DNA from: an uncultured Methanosarcinales archaeon
Lineage (GTDB): Archaea; Nanobdellota; Nanobdellia; Woesearchaeales; JABMPP01
Length of the DNA stretch: 55,356 nt
NCBI GenBank assembly: GCA_964604995.1
Contig: CAZSAD010000008.1
Span: forward strand, 1-55,356
Direction: 5' to 3'
Below, in pieces: positions 9,720 through 19,038 of this stretch. The first letter of the stretch is position 1. Each line of letters starts with the position of its first letter. The position numbers were made by a program, and so were the translations under genes. The notes under the pieces are model-generated. The model was given only the letters and a program-made list of their open reading frames with translations, had not been told where the DNA came from and did no database searches.

Positions 9720-9848
9720 TTATTCAATTTTTTCTAAAGATTCTAAATCAGAAAAACTTTCTTCAGCACATTCATTGCAATAAAAGTCATTAGTGCCTCT
9801 AATGCAAAAAATTGCAGGTTCATCACAAATAACGCATTTTTTCCCCAT
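9720..9848 (-). CDS. 42-aa zinc-finger-like microprotein (not in ORF track)
   Basis: MGKKCVICDEPAIFCIRGTNDFYCNECAEESFSDLESLEKIE*; two CxxC pairs; TATA-like TTTAAAAA ~25 nt upstream. Confidence 0.75.
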   Translation of the reverse strand: MGKKCVICDEPAIFCIRGTNDFYCNECAEESFSDLESLEKIE

Positions 9849-9919
9849 TGTTTATCTCTTATATACTAATGATTTTTAAAGATTATGGTTAAGTAACTAA
9901 AAATTGACAATAATTCAAT

Positions 9920-10654
9920 TTATTCTAATTTTGAATTGAGTGTTTGCTTTAAAATTCCAGTTGAAGAGCCTAAATCATGTAAACACATTGGTTTATTTCT
10001 AATAATAAAATAATTTGTTATGCCATGGTTTATACATTCACCAATGCCAACTTTGTTATTCAGAACAGGTTCTTTAATTTCCTGAAAAAAGTTTTGTATA
10101 GCAAAATATCTTTGGTCATCTTCTAAATCAAGATGGAATGATATTCTCATTGCTTCTCCAGCTGCTGATGAACTTTTTGAAAGATGGTTCATTTCTTCTA
10201 AAATGTCGAACTCTAACCCTATATAAGGAATTCCCATATCAGTTGCTCTACCCATTTCATCTCCAGTACCAGTACTTGCTTTTCCAACGGACAATCCAAC
10301 AACTAATCCATTGTTTAATGCAGTAGTTGCAAGCATCAAAAGACATTCTTGTTTGATATCACTGTTTGTTTTAATGGCGCCATATGCAAGACCTATTTTT
10401 TCAGCACTTAAAGTATTATATCCTGTACTTTGAAGAATATTCTCTGCAAAGTCTAGTGCATTTTCTTTTGGTAGTTGTTTATCTTTTCCTAAACTAGAAA
10501 TGGGGCCAACGAATGTCACAATTGGATTTTCTATTTTGAATAATTGGTTTTTTTTTATTCTATAATAATCAAAAACCATATACTCTCTGTGTTTTCTAAG
10601 ATCATTGGGCACCAAAATTGGTTGAATTTCACATTTTCCATTATTATATTGCAT
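9920..10654 (-). CDS. hypothetical protein with nucleoside 2-deoxyribosyltransferase-like (DUF4406/DUF1937-type) core
   Basis: VTFVGPIS and ASTGTGDEMGRATDMGIPYI fit the S-x-G-x3-E-x3-A-x3-GIP signature; AGGTG SD. Confidence 0.5.
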   Translation of the reverse strand: MQYNNGKCEIQPILVPNDLRKHREYMVFDYYRIKKNQLFKIENPIVTFVGPISSLGKDKQLPKENALDFAENILQSTGYNTLSAEKIGLAYGAIKTNSDIKQECLLMLATTALNNGLVVGLSVGKASTGTGDEMGRATDMGIPYIGLEFDILEEMNHLSKSSSAAGEAMRISFHLDLEDDQRYFAIQNFFQEIKEPVLNNKVGIGECINHGITNYFIIRNKPMCLHDLGSSTGILKQTLNSKLE

Positions 10655-10739
10655 TAAATACACCTGCTAAATCGTTGTATCACTAAATTTAACTACTAAA
10701 ATAGAACCCCTTTTTTAAATTTTAATATTAATTATTTTA

Positions 10740-10846
10740 TGGGCCCCGGGGGATTCGAACCCCCGACCTATTGGTTTCAATCACTTATGCTTATTTTCAT
10801 AAGTTGTTAAGAGCCAATCGCTCTGACCAGGCTGAGCTAGGAGCCC
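10740..10846 (-). tRNA. tRNA-Lys(CUU) with a 32-nt intron at 37/38 (10776-10807)
   Basis: Acceptor GGGCTCC/GGGGCCC, D arm GCTC/GAGC, anticodon stem ATTGG/CCAAT with loop CT-CTT-A|A, T arm GGGGG-TTCGAAT-CCCCC; CCA not encoded. Confidence 0.93.
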
Positions 10847-10974
10847 AATTCTTAATTTAATTAATGTTGTTTTACAATTATTATTTTCAGTTTGGGAGTT
10901 TGCAAAGCAAATCTCCCCAGCTTCCGTGCGGGCTGAGGCCAGCCCTGATTAGGCTGAGCTAGGAGCCCAATTCT
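10829..10974. repeat. 24-bp perfect direct repeat of the tRNA-Lys 5' end and flank
   Basis: AGGCTGAGCTAGGAGCCCAATTCT at 10829-10852 and 10951-10974. Confidence 0.95.
10888..10968 (-). other. GC-rich multi-hairpin element beginning with a tRNA-Lys 5' fragment
   Basis: Hairpins GGGCTG-GCCT-CAGCCC and GGGAG(A)TTTGC-TTT-GCAAACTCCC in otherwise AT-rich DNA. Confidence 0.6.
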
Positions 10975-11188
10975 AATAAATCTAATTCTAGCTGGTGGTG
11001 AAAAAGATTATTTATAAAACTTTGTCAGTTATGGTTAGATAATCCCTTTTTTATCTTATCTTTATCTTACCTTTAGCTTATCTTTATCTATTCTTATCTT
11101 ATTTTTATTTTATCATAATACTAATCATAATACAAATAGTAACAAATAAAAACCAGCTATGTATCTAATTATAAAAAAGAGGGAGATT

Positions 11189-12241
11189 ATGCAAGATAAG
11201 GTTGATAAGTTTTTTGTAGGGTTATTAGTATTTATTCCAATTTCTCTGATATTTTATTACTTAACTAATAGTCCAATAATTACATTCATAACTGCTGTTA
11301 TCTCTCTTGCAGCTTTAGCTAGATTTCTTGGTCGGGCAACTGAAAATATTGCAGCTTATTCAACTCCTAAAGTTAGCGGATTACTAAATGCAACTTTTGG
11401 AAATTTTATTGAATTAACTGTTTTACTCTTTGCAATTGAAGCAGGTATCTTTGAATTAGTTAGGGCAGGAATAGTTGGCTCAATTCTTGTAAATCTATTA
11501 TTTTTAATTGGCATTAGCATTTTTATTGGCGGTATAAAATTCAAAGAGCAAAGATTCAATGCAATATCTGCCGGAATATCTTGCACTATGATGATAATTG
11601 CAGTTCTTGGACTTATTATGCCAACTGTTTATACATTTACAACAGGCTCAGATCCACACAGTCTTAGCACTTCTGTTTCAATTATACTTGCAATTATTTA
11701 CATTAGTGGGTTATTTTTTTCACTTTATACCCACAGATATTTATTTTATACAGAAGATATGCTGCTTACCAAATTTGAAGGAAGATGGAGTAAAAAAAAT
11801 TCAATAATTGCACTTTTTATTGCATCTACTTTTATAACTTTAGAATCAAGTATTCTTGTTAATACTATAACTTCAGTATCATTGTCTTGGGGTTTAAGTT
11901 ACACATTTATTGGTGTTGTTATTGTTGGAGTATTATCAAATGTTGCAGAAATAACTGCAGCAATTACAATGGCTCTAAAAAATAGGATTAATATTTCTTT
12001 GGAAATTGGCGCATCCTCTGCTAACCAGGTTGCATTGTTTGTTGTTCCAATATTAGTTTTAGCAAGCACATTTATGTCACATCAATTTACATTGGTATTT
12101 TCATTATTTGAAATAGTTTCACTTCTTATGACTACACTAATAATTAATTATCTTATTACTGATGGACATGTAAATTGGCTTGCTGGAATGCAACTTATGG
12201 CAGTTTTTTTCATAATTGCAATAGCATTTTATTACATTTAA
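11189..12241 (+). CDS. cax: Ca2+/H+ antiporter (CAX, CaCA family)
   Basis: GLLNATFGNFIEL, GIVGSILVNLL, SNVAE and QVALFVVP. Confidence 0.93.
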   Translation: MQDKVDKFFVGLLVFIPISLIFYYLTNSPIITFITAVISLAALARFLGRATENIAAYSTPKVSGLLNATFGNFIELTVLLFAIEAGIFELVRAGIVGSILVNLLFLIGISIFIGGIKFKEQRFNAISAGISCTMMIIAVLGLIMPTVYTFTTGSDPHSLSTSVSIILAIIYISGLFFSLYTHRYLFYTEDMLLTKFEGRWSKKNSIIALFIASTFITLESSILVNTITSVSLSWGLSYTFIGVVIVGVLSNVAEITAAITMALKNRINISLEIGASSANQVALFVVPILVLASTFMSHQFTLVFSLFEIVSLLMTTLIINYLITDGHVNWLAGMQLMAVFFIIAIAFYYI

Positions 12242-12293
12242 TTTTAACATAAATTTGAATAAATTTTTATAACACTATTATTTCTGTTAAAAT

Positions 12294-14003
12294 ATGGTAG
12301 ATCAAACTAATAACAAAAATAATAATGTTGAAACGAAAGGGAATATCAAAGATCATTCTAAAGACCATATTAAAGGCAGTTCTAAAGATGCTGAAGAATT
12401 TGAAGGATTATTTTGGGCTGATCAAATTGCACAGGAAATTATTAATCGGGAAAAATTTAGATACCTTGATTTACCAATGAAAAAATTTGATGTTTATACT
12501 GTTAAAACATCAGCATCATTATCAGGTGTTTTACATATTGGAAGATTAAGTGATACAATTAGGTCAAGTTCTGTTTATGAGGCATTAAAAGATGCAGGAG
12601 TTAAAGCAAAACTTATTTGGGTTGCTGAAGATATGGACCCTCTTCGAAAAGTTCCAGAAGGAGTTCCAAAAGAATATGAAAAATATCTTGGAATGGCAGT
12701 AACTGATATTCCTGACCCTAAAGGTTGTCATAATTCATATGCAGAGCATCATGTTTCAGAATACTTTAAAGTTATTGATGAATATGTCCCAGAAAAACTT
12801 GAAAAATTTTCAATGAGACAAGAATATAAAGCGGGAAATTTCAAACCTTATATTAAAAAAATTCTTGAAAATTTAGAGATAATAACTGAAGTTCAAAACA
12901 AAAACAGAACTAATCCCTTACCTTCTGGTTGGAGTCCATGGACACCTATTTGTGATAATTGCGGAAAAATTATGACTCCAAAAATAACAAATTTTGTTGA
13001 TGGGAAAGTTGAATATGTTTGCAAAGATTATGAATTCGAAACAAGAATTGCAAAAGGATGCGGCCATAAGGGAGAAAATGATCCTCTAAAAGGAAATGGG
13101 AAATTAGTTTGGAAAAGTGAATGGGCATCGCAGTGGGCAAGATGGGGAGTTGTTTCTGAAGGAGCAGGAAAAGAATACCAAGTTCCAAATTCTGCTTTTT
13201 GGATAAATGCAGAAATTGTTGAAAGAGTTCATAATTATCCAGCGCCTGTTCCAATATTTTATGAGCATTTGATGATAGATAGTGTTAAGATGTCAGCATC
13301 ACTTGGAAATGTAATTTATCCATCTGATTGGCTTGAAGTAGCATCACCTCAATTACTTAGATTATTTTATAATAAAAGATTAATGACAACAAGAAGTTTT
13401 TCTTGGAAAGATTTACCAATTCTTTACGATGAAGAAGATAATTATGCAAAAGTAGCTCTTGGCATAACTCCACTGGAAAATAAAAAAGAAGAAGTACATA
13501 TCAAAAGATTATTTGAAATTAGTCATGGCAAAGGAAAAGGGGAATTTAATCCAGTAGCATTTTCACAAGCAACAGTTGTTTGCCAAATATCTTCAAAAGA
13601 AGAAGATATGATTAAAAGCTTAAAGAAAACTGGGCAATGGGATGAAGATAAAAAAGAAATTATTTTTGATAGATTAAACAAAGCTAAAAGATGGGTTGAT
13701 AAATATGCACCAGCTGAAGTAAAATTTGTTATACAAACAAATGTTCCAGACAATATCACTTTATCACCTGAGCAAAGAAAATGTTTGCATAGATTATCTG
13801 AAAAATTAGTTTCTCAAGAATGGGATGAGAAAACTTTATTCAATGAAATTTATGGAATTGCTCAAGAGCACAAATTGCAAGGAAAAGATATTTTCAAAGC
13901 AGGATACAATATTTTATTGAATAAAGATAGAGGACCAAAACTTGCACCATTTATTTTAATGTATGGCAAAGAAAAAGTTGCTGAATTATTTAAAAAAGTG
14001 TAA
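12294..14003 (+). CDS. lysS: lysyl-tRNA synthetase, class I
   Basis: FWAD, SGVLHIG (HIGH-like), DPLRKVP, KMSASLGN (KMSKS-like) and GPKLAPF. Confidence 0.96.
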   Translation: MVDQTNNKNNNVETKGNIKDHSKDHIKGSSKDAEEFEGLFWADQIAQEIINREKFRYLDLPMKKFDVYTVKTSASLSGVLHIGRLSDTIRSSSVYEALKDAGVKAKLIWVAEDMDPLRKVPEGVPKEYEKYLGMAVTDIPDPKGCHNSYAEHHVSEYFKVIDEYVPEKLEKFSMRQEYKAGNFKPYIKKILENLEIITEVQNKNRTNPLPSGWSPWTPICDNCGKIMTPKITNFVDGKVEYVCKDYEFETRIAKGCGHKGENDPLKGNGKLVWKSEWASQWARWGVVSEGAGKEYQVPNSAFWINAEIVERVHNYPAPVPIFYEHLMIDSVKMSASLGNVIYPSDWLEVASPQLLRLFYNKRLMTTRSFSWKDLPILYDEEDNYAKVALGITPLENKKEEVHIKRLFEISHGKGKGEFNPVAFSQATVVCQISSKEEDMIKSLKKTGQWDEDKKEIIFDRLNKAKRWVDKYAPAEVKFVIQTNVPDNITLSPEQRKCLHRLSEKLVSQEWDEKTLFNEIYGIAQEHKLQGKDIFKAGYNILLNKDRGPKLAPFILMYGKEKVAELFKKV

Positions 14004-14030
14004 GGGTTAAAAGTGTAAGGGGTTAATTCA

Positions 14031-14555
14031 ATGATACAAATAGATTCAGTTGAGGCATTAAGAAAATACACACCGCAGTGTCCTGTTTTTGTTATTTCTA
14101 TTGATAAATTTGCAAAACCCAGTGGGATGGTTGCAGCTTGGAATATGAAATGCAGTTATGAACCACCAATGTTTATGGTTTCACTTTCAAAAGAAGGATA
14201 TACTCATAAATTGATTAGAGAAAGCAAGGAATTTGTTGTAGCTATTCCACATTTTGGAATGAAAGAAACTGTTGAATTTTTTGGTTCAACTCACGGAGAT
14301 AAAGTTGATAAATTCACAGAAACTGAAATTCCAACAGAAAAAGCAAAATTTGTAAAAAGTCCACTTATTAAAGGTGCAATATTAAATTATGAATGCAAAT
14401 TGTCAAAAGAAATTGATGTTGGAGACCACATAATGTTTATTGGTGAAATTGTTGCATCTCATTACAATGATAATTTGCCAAATGGCATGCTTTTTAGTGT
14501 TGGTAAGGTAAATGGAAAAAGAATATATGCAGAATTTAAAGATAATAAATTTTAA
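14031..14555 (+). CDS. flavin reductase-like (flavoredoxin) FMN-binding protein
   Basis: SYEPPMF, GDKVDKF and GDHIMFIGEI. Confidence 0.9.
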   Translation: MIQIDSVEALRKYTPQCPVFVISIDKFAKPSGMVAAWNMKCSYEPPMFMVSLSKEGYTHKLIRESKEFVVAIPHFGMKETVEFFGSTHGDKVDKFTETEIPTEKAKFVKSPLIKGAILNYECKLSKEIDVGDHIMFIGEIVASHYNDNLPNGMLFSVGKVNGKRIYAEFKDNKF

Positions 14556-14841
14556 TTTTCATAAAAAATTTAGATTTTACAAAGATTATAACAGTGGCTT
14601 TGTTGACCATCTTTCAAATTATCTTTCATCGCAAATTTATGAAAGAATTGAAGAAGGACATAAAACTTGTGCTATAATAGATACCACTGGTTCAATACGT
14701 TTACCATTACATAATTTGGAAATGGAAAGGAAGTTGCCAGACAATGTTGCAATCAATGATACTAAGCATTGTGTTTACTTATTGAAAAATACAACTTTTG
14801 AAGCTGCAAAAGGAAACTATCAAATATTTTTTAATAAATAA
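14512..14841 (+). CDS. hypothetical protein (start uncertain, possibly a fragment)
   Basis: 109-codon open frame in AT-rich DNA; overlaps the upstream gene; no motif recognised. Confidence 0.4.
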   Translation: MEKEYMQNLKIINFNFHKKFRFYKDYNSGFVDHLSNYLSSQIYERIEEGHKTCAIIDTTGSIRLPLHNLEMERKLPDNVAINDTKHCVYLLKNTTFEAAKGNYQIFFNK

Positions 14842-14984
14842 GTTTTTCATATTCCTCTTTTTGTATTTATCATAATATTATTTATTATCCTAATACTGTT
14901 TTAGTATTATTTTATTGTTCATTGTTACTATAATTATTTATTCTTAACATAACCTTTAAATAATATACCTCTTGTCTTTAATTT

Positions 14985-16535
14985 ATGCCAGAGAACCTTC
15001 ATGAAAACTGTGGTGTTGCTGCAGTTTATATCCCGCAAGGATCAAAATATGCTGGGAAAGCTGCGCAATTTCTATACAAACTTTTACTTAATCTTCAAGG
15101 AAGGGGTCAATTAAGTGCAGGCATTACAACATACAATCCTAAAAGAGCAAGACTTCTTGAAACATATAAAGATATAGGACTTGTTTCAGAAGTTTTCAAA
15201 GAAAAAGATGAAGAAGCTAAAGATAAAATATTTGCAAGTCTTGAAGGAAACAAAGGAATTGGACATACAAGATATGCAACATCTGGAACAGATGACAAGT
15301 GCAATGCTCAGCCATCAGAAAGAATGCATGGGAGTAAATGGAAATGGTTTGCTTTTTGCTTTAATGGCAACATTGCAAATTATGCAGATCTAAAACAAAC
15401 ACTTGTTGATAAAACAGATTACCATATCATGTATGACATTGATACTGAACTTATAATGCATAATATTTCTAAAGAACTATACAAAAACAAAGCAAAAAAA
15501 ACAACAGAAATATTTTCATCACTTGTCAAAAAATTTGATGGTGCTTTTAATATTGCATTCTTGAATGCGCATGGTACACTTTCTGTTTTTAGAGATCCAA
15601 TTGGATTTAGACCGCTTTGCTATGGTTATTTTGAAGATGTTTTATTAATAGCATCTGAATCCAATGCTCTTGCTAATTTTGGAGTTGAAGATATCAAATT
15701 CTTACAACCTGGCGAATTAATAAAAGTTAAAGGTGAAACAGTTGAAATTACAAAAGTTGCTGAATCAAAAAGAAAAGCAAGATGCATGTTTGAATGGGTT
15801 TATTTTTCAAATGTATCTTCCATATTAGACGAGAAATCAGTTTACATTTCTAGAACGAAACTTGGAGAAGAATTAGCAAGACTTGAAAATTTACCAGTTA
15901 ACAGGGAAGAATATGTTGTTGTTCCTGTGCCGGATAGCGCAAAGCCATCTGGAGATTCATATGCGTTTTCATTAGGACTTCCTTCAAGAGAAGGATTAAT
16001 AAGAAACAGATTTGCAGGAAGAACTTTTATTGAAAGCAGAGGAAGAGAAGATAGGGTTAGAAACAAATTTACTGTACAAAAAGAAATTGTTGCAGGGAAA
16101 AAAATCTTGCTTGTGGATGATAGTATTGTTCGAGGAACAACAACTCGCAATATTGTAAAGTATCTAAAAGATGTTGGCAAAGCAAAAGAAGTGCACATAA
16201 GAGTTAGTTGTCCACCAATAATTGCACCTTGTTTTTATGGCATTGATATGTCAACAATTACTGAACTTTTTGCTCCTAAATTTAACATAGATTCAAGAAA
16301 ACCAATCCCACAAGAAAAATTGGACCAAATGGCAAAGCAGCTTGGAGCCGATTCATTAATTTATCAATCAGTTGGTGGACTTATTAGGTCGATAGATTTA
16401 CCAAGAGAAGAACTATGTTTGGCATGCTTGAATGCAGATTATCCAACAAAATATGGTAAAATTCTTTATAATGTCGCATTGAAAAATGCAGATACTGGGG
16501 CTGTTGGAAGAACATATGAAGGAAAAAAAATTTAG
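14985..16535 (+). CDS. purF: amidophosphoribosyltransferase
   Basis: ENCGV nucleophile, GHTRYAT, VPVPDS, VDDSIVRGTT and PCFYGIDM. Confidence 0.97.
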   Translation: MPENLHENCGVAAVYIPQGSKYAGKAAQFLYKLLLNLQGRGQLSAGITTYNPKRARLLETYKDIGLVSEVFKEKDEEAKDKIFASLEGNKGIGHTRYATSGTDDKCNAQPSERMHGSKWKWFAFCFNGNIANYADLKQTLVDKTDYHIMYDIDTELIMHNISKELYKNKAKKTTEIFSSLVKKFDGAFNIAFLNAHGTLSVFRDPIGFRPLCYGYFEDVLLIASESNALANFGVEDIKFLQPGELIKVKGETVEITKVAESKRKARCMFEWVYFSNVSSILDEKSVYISRTKLGEELARLENLPVNREEYVVVPVPDSAKPSGDSYAFSLGLPSREGLIRNRFAGRTFIESRGREDRVRNKFTVQKEIVAGKKILLVDDSIVRGTTTRNIVKYLKDVGKAKEVHIRVSCPPIIAPCFYGIDMSTITELFAPKFNIDSRKPIPQEKLDQMAKQLGADSLIYQSVGGLIRSIDLPREELCLACLNADYPTKYGKILYNVALKNADTGAVGRTYEGKKI

Positions 16536-16566
16536 TTATTTAATTTTACTTATCAAAACTTTTTTA

Positions 16567-16806
16567 TCAGAATTTTTTTTTGAATCCTTTTTTTAATTTT
16601 GTTTTTTCCCCACTATGTTTTTCTTCTAATTTTTTCAAAAATGGAATGTCTACTCCTAAAATCAAAAGTCCAACTATAATAAAAATTATTCCAGGCACTA
16701 TTGGAACAAAAAGACCAGCAATTCCAATGATTAAAAGTAGTATACCTATAATCATTCCCAATATTCCTAAAGCTTTTATTTTGTCAATTTGTTTTTCAAA
16801 TACCAT
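16567..16806 (-). CDS. small membrane protein (DUF454/PGPGW-like)
   Basis: GIAGLFVPIVPGIIFIIVGL hairpin followed by a basic tail. Confidence 0.7.
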   Translation of the reverse strand: MVFEKQIDKIKALGILGMIIGILLLIIGIAGLFVPIVPGIIFIIVGLLILGVDIPFLKKLEEKHSGEKTKLKKGFKKKF

Positions 16807-16960
16807 GTTAATTTTGAATAAGATTCCTTTATTATATTAACTTTATTATTAAATTGTTTAAGTAAAGGTTTATAAAACTGTATCTTTTCCCTTGATATAG
16901 TTGATATAGTATATATCTCAATTGATTTTTAAAAACAGTTGACACTTGGAGGTGGATAGT

Positions 16961-18599
16961 ATGGCACAACAAATACAACCAATATTTATTTTACCAGAAG
17001 GATATCAAAGAAGCGTTGGCAAAGATGCACACGCAACAAATATAGCAGCAGCAAAAGCAGTTGCTGAAACAGTTAGAACAACACTTGGTCCGAAGGGAAT
17101 GGATAAGATGTTAGTTGATTCTATGGGAGATGTTACTATTACCAATGATGGTGTTACAATTCTTGAAGAAATGAATATTGAACATCCATCAGCAAAAATG
17201 ATTGTTGAGATTGCAAAAACTCAAGAGAATGAAGTTGGCGATGGAACAACAACAGCAGTTGTTCTTGCTGGCGAACTTTTAAAAAATGCAGAAGAACTAT
17301 TAAATCAGAGCATACATGCAACAGTTGTTGCAAAAGGGTATAGGATGGCATCTGAAAAAGCTCTTGATATTCTAAATAATATCTCAGAAAAAATAACAAA
17401 AGATGATACTGAAATGTTAGTTAAAATAGCATCAACAGCAATGACTGGAAAAGGTGCTGAATATTCAAAAGAAAAACTTGCTAAATTAACAGTTGAAGCA
17501 GTAAAATCAATTGTTGAAGATGATGGACATATTGATTCTGAGAATGTAAAAATAGAAAAAAAATCTGGAGCACCAGTTGATGATTCAATTTTAATTAAAG
17601 GTGTTTTACTTGACAAAGAAAGAGTTCATCCAGGAATGCCAAGAGTTGTCAAGAATGCAAAAATAGCATTAATCGATAAAGAAATTGAAATAAGTAAAAC
17701 TGAAATTGATTCAAAAATAGAAATAACTTCCCCAGATCAAATGCAAGCATTCTTAGACCAAGAAGAAAAAATGTTAAAAGACATGGTTGAGAAAATTGCA
17801 GCATCAGGCGCAACTGTTGTTATTTGCCAAAAAGGTATTGATGATGTTGCACAGTATTTCATGTCCAAAAAAGGATTATATGCAGTAAGAAGAGTTAGCG
17901 AGAGTGACATGAAAAGAATAGCAAAAGCAACAGGCGGAAGAGTTGTTTCAAATATCCACGATTTTGAAAAAGCTGATTTAGGATTTTCTGGGTCAGTTGA
18001 AGAAAAGAAAGTCGGAGATGAACATTATACATTTATTCAGGAATGCAAAAATCCAAAGGCAGTCACTTTGCTTGTTAGAGGCGGAACTGAGCATGTGACT
18101 AACGAGATTGAAAGAGCAGTTAGTGATGCGGTGGGCGATGTGATAGCGGCATTAAAAGTCGGCAAGATTGTCGCAGGTGCAGGTGCTGTTGAGATGGAGC
18201 TTTGCAAGCAACTAAATAAGTATGCAGATTCTTTACTTGGTAAAGAACAGCTTGCAGCAAGAGCATTTGCGAATTCATTTGAAATTATTCCTAAAACACT
18301 TGCCGAAAATGCAGGCCTTGACCCCATTGATGTTGTTGCTGAATTAAAACAAAGTCATGACAAAAATCAAAAATGGGCAGGAATCAATGTCTTTACAGGT
18401 AAAGTTATGGACGCAATGAAAAATGGAGTTATTGAACCACTTAAAATAAAGACTCAAGCAGTAAGTTCGGCTTCAGAAGTTGCAATAATGATACTTCGAA
18501 TTGATGATATGATTGCAGCTGGANNNNNNNNNNTCTTCAGGTCCAGCTGGTGGTCCTCAAATGCCACCAGGTATGGGCGGTATGGGTGGAGAATATTAA
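16961..18599 (+). CDS. ths: thermosome subunit (group II chaperonin); spans N gap 18524-18533
   Basis: [14 protein letters not shown] and GDGTTT; GGAGGTGG SD; another frame after the gap reads [21 protein letters not shown] (GGM tail), ending at 18599. Confidence 0.97.
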
Positions 18600-18672
18600 T
18601 CAAATATCCTCTCTTATTTGGATAGATTTATATAAGCCTTCAAAGACCACAGACTAAGGATGGTGAATTTTA

Positions 18673-18951
18673 ATGGGACGAATCAAAACAAAACTGATTA
18701 AAAGAATAACAAGAAAATTATTGGACGAGCACCTTGATAAATTCAATGGTGATTTTAATGACGATAAAAAAGTTGTAACACAATGGATTACTCCAACTTC
18801 TTTAAAGATGAGAAATACAATTGCAGGATATGTCTCAAGATTAAAGAAAAAAGNNNNNNNNNNAGGATATGGAACTGATGTTATCCCAAATAGGCCATCA
18901 AGACCTGTCCAAACTGAAACAACAAGAAGAGCACCTTCTAGAAGATATTAA
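18673..18951 (+). CDS. rps17e: 30S ribosomal protein eS17; spans N gap 18854-18863
   Basis: MGRIKT and RNTIAGYVSR; GGTGA SD; C-terminal extension crosses the gap. Confidence 0.93.
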   Translation: MGRIKTKLIKRITRKLLDEHLDKFNGDFNDDKKVVTQWITPTSLKMRNTIAGYVSRLKKKXXXXGYGTDVIPNRPSRPVQTETTRRAPSRRY

Positions 18952-19038
18952 TTTTTATTTTAATTATTTCTTTATCCTTAATATTTTATAATTTTTTTTA
19001 ATAAAAAATAAATTAAATAAAAATAAATAATTAAGAAT

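Noticed and set aside
10740..10846. Alternative splicing register giving anticodon UGA (Ser)
   Set aside because: No long variable arm, and the body matches archaeal tRNA-Lys; CUU with a 37/38 intron is more parsimonious.
10829..10974. Intact integrated virus/plasmid or CRISPR array at the tRNA repeat
   Set aside because: Only two copies 122 nt apart; no integrase or cas gene in the window.
11040..11135. TTATCT-type short repeats (similar tracts near 7120-7180 and 24830-24870)
   Set aside because: Low-complexity AT-rich intergenic sequence without constant repeat-spacer structure.
18524..18625. Odd thermosome C-terminus FRSSWWSS...
   Set aside because: Frame artefact of the N gap; another frame gives the expected GGM-type tail ending at 18599.
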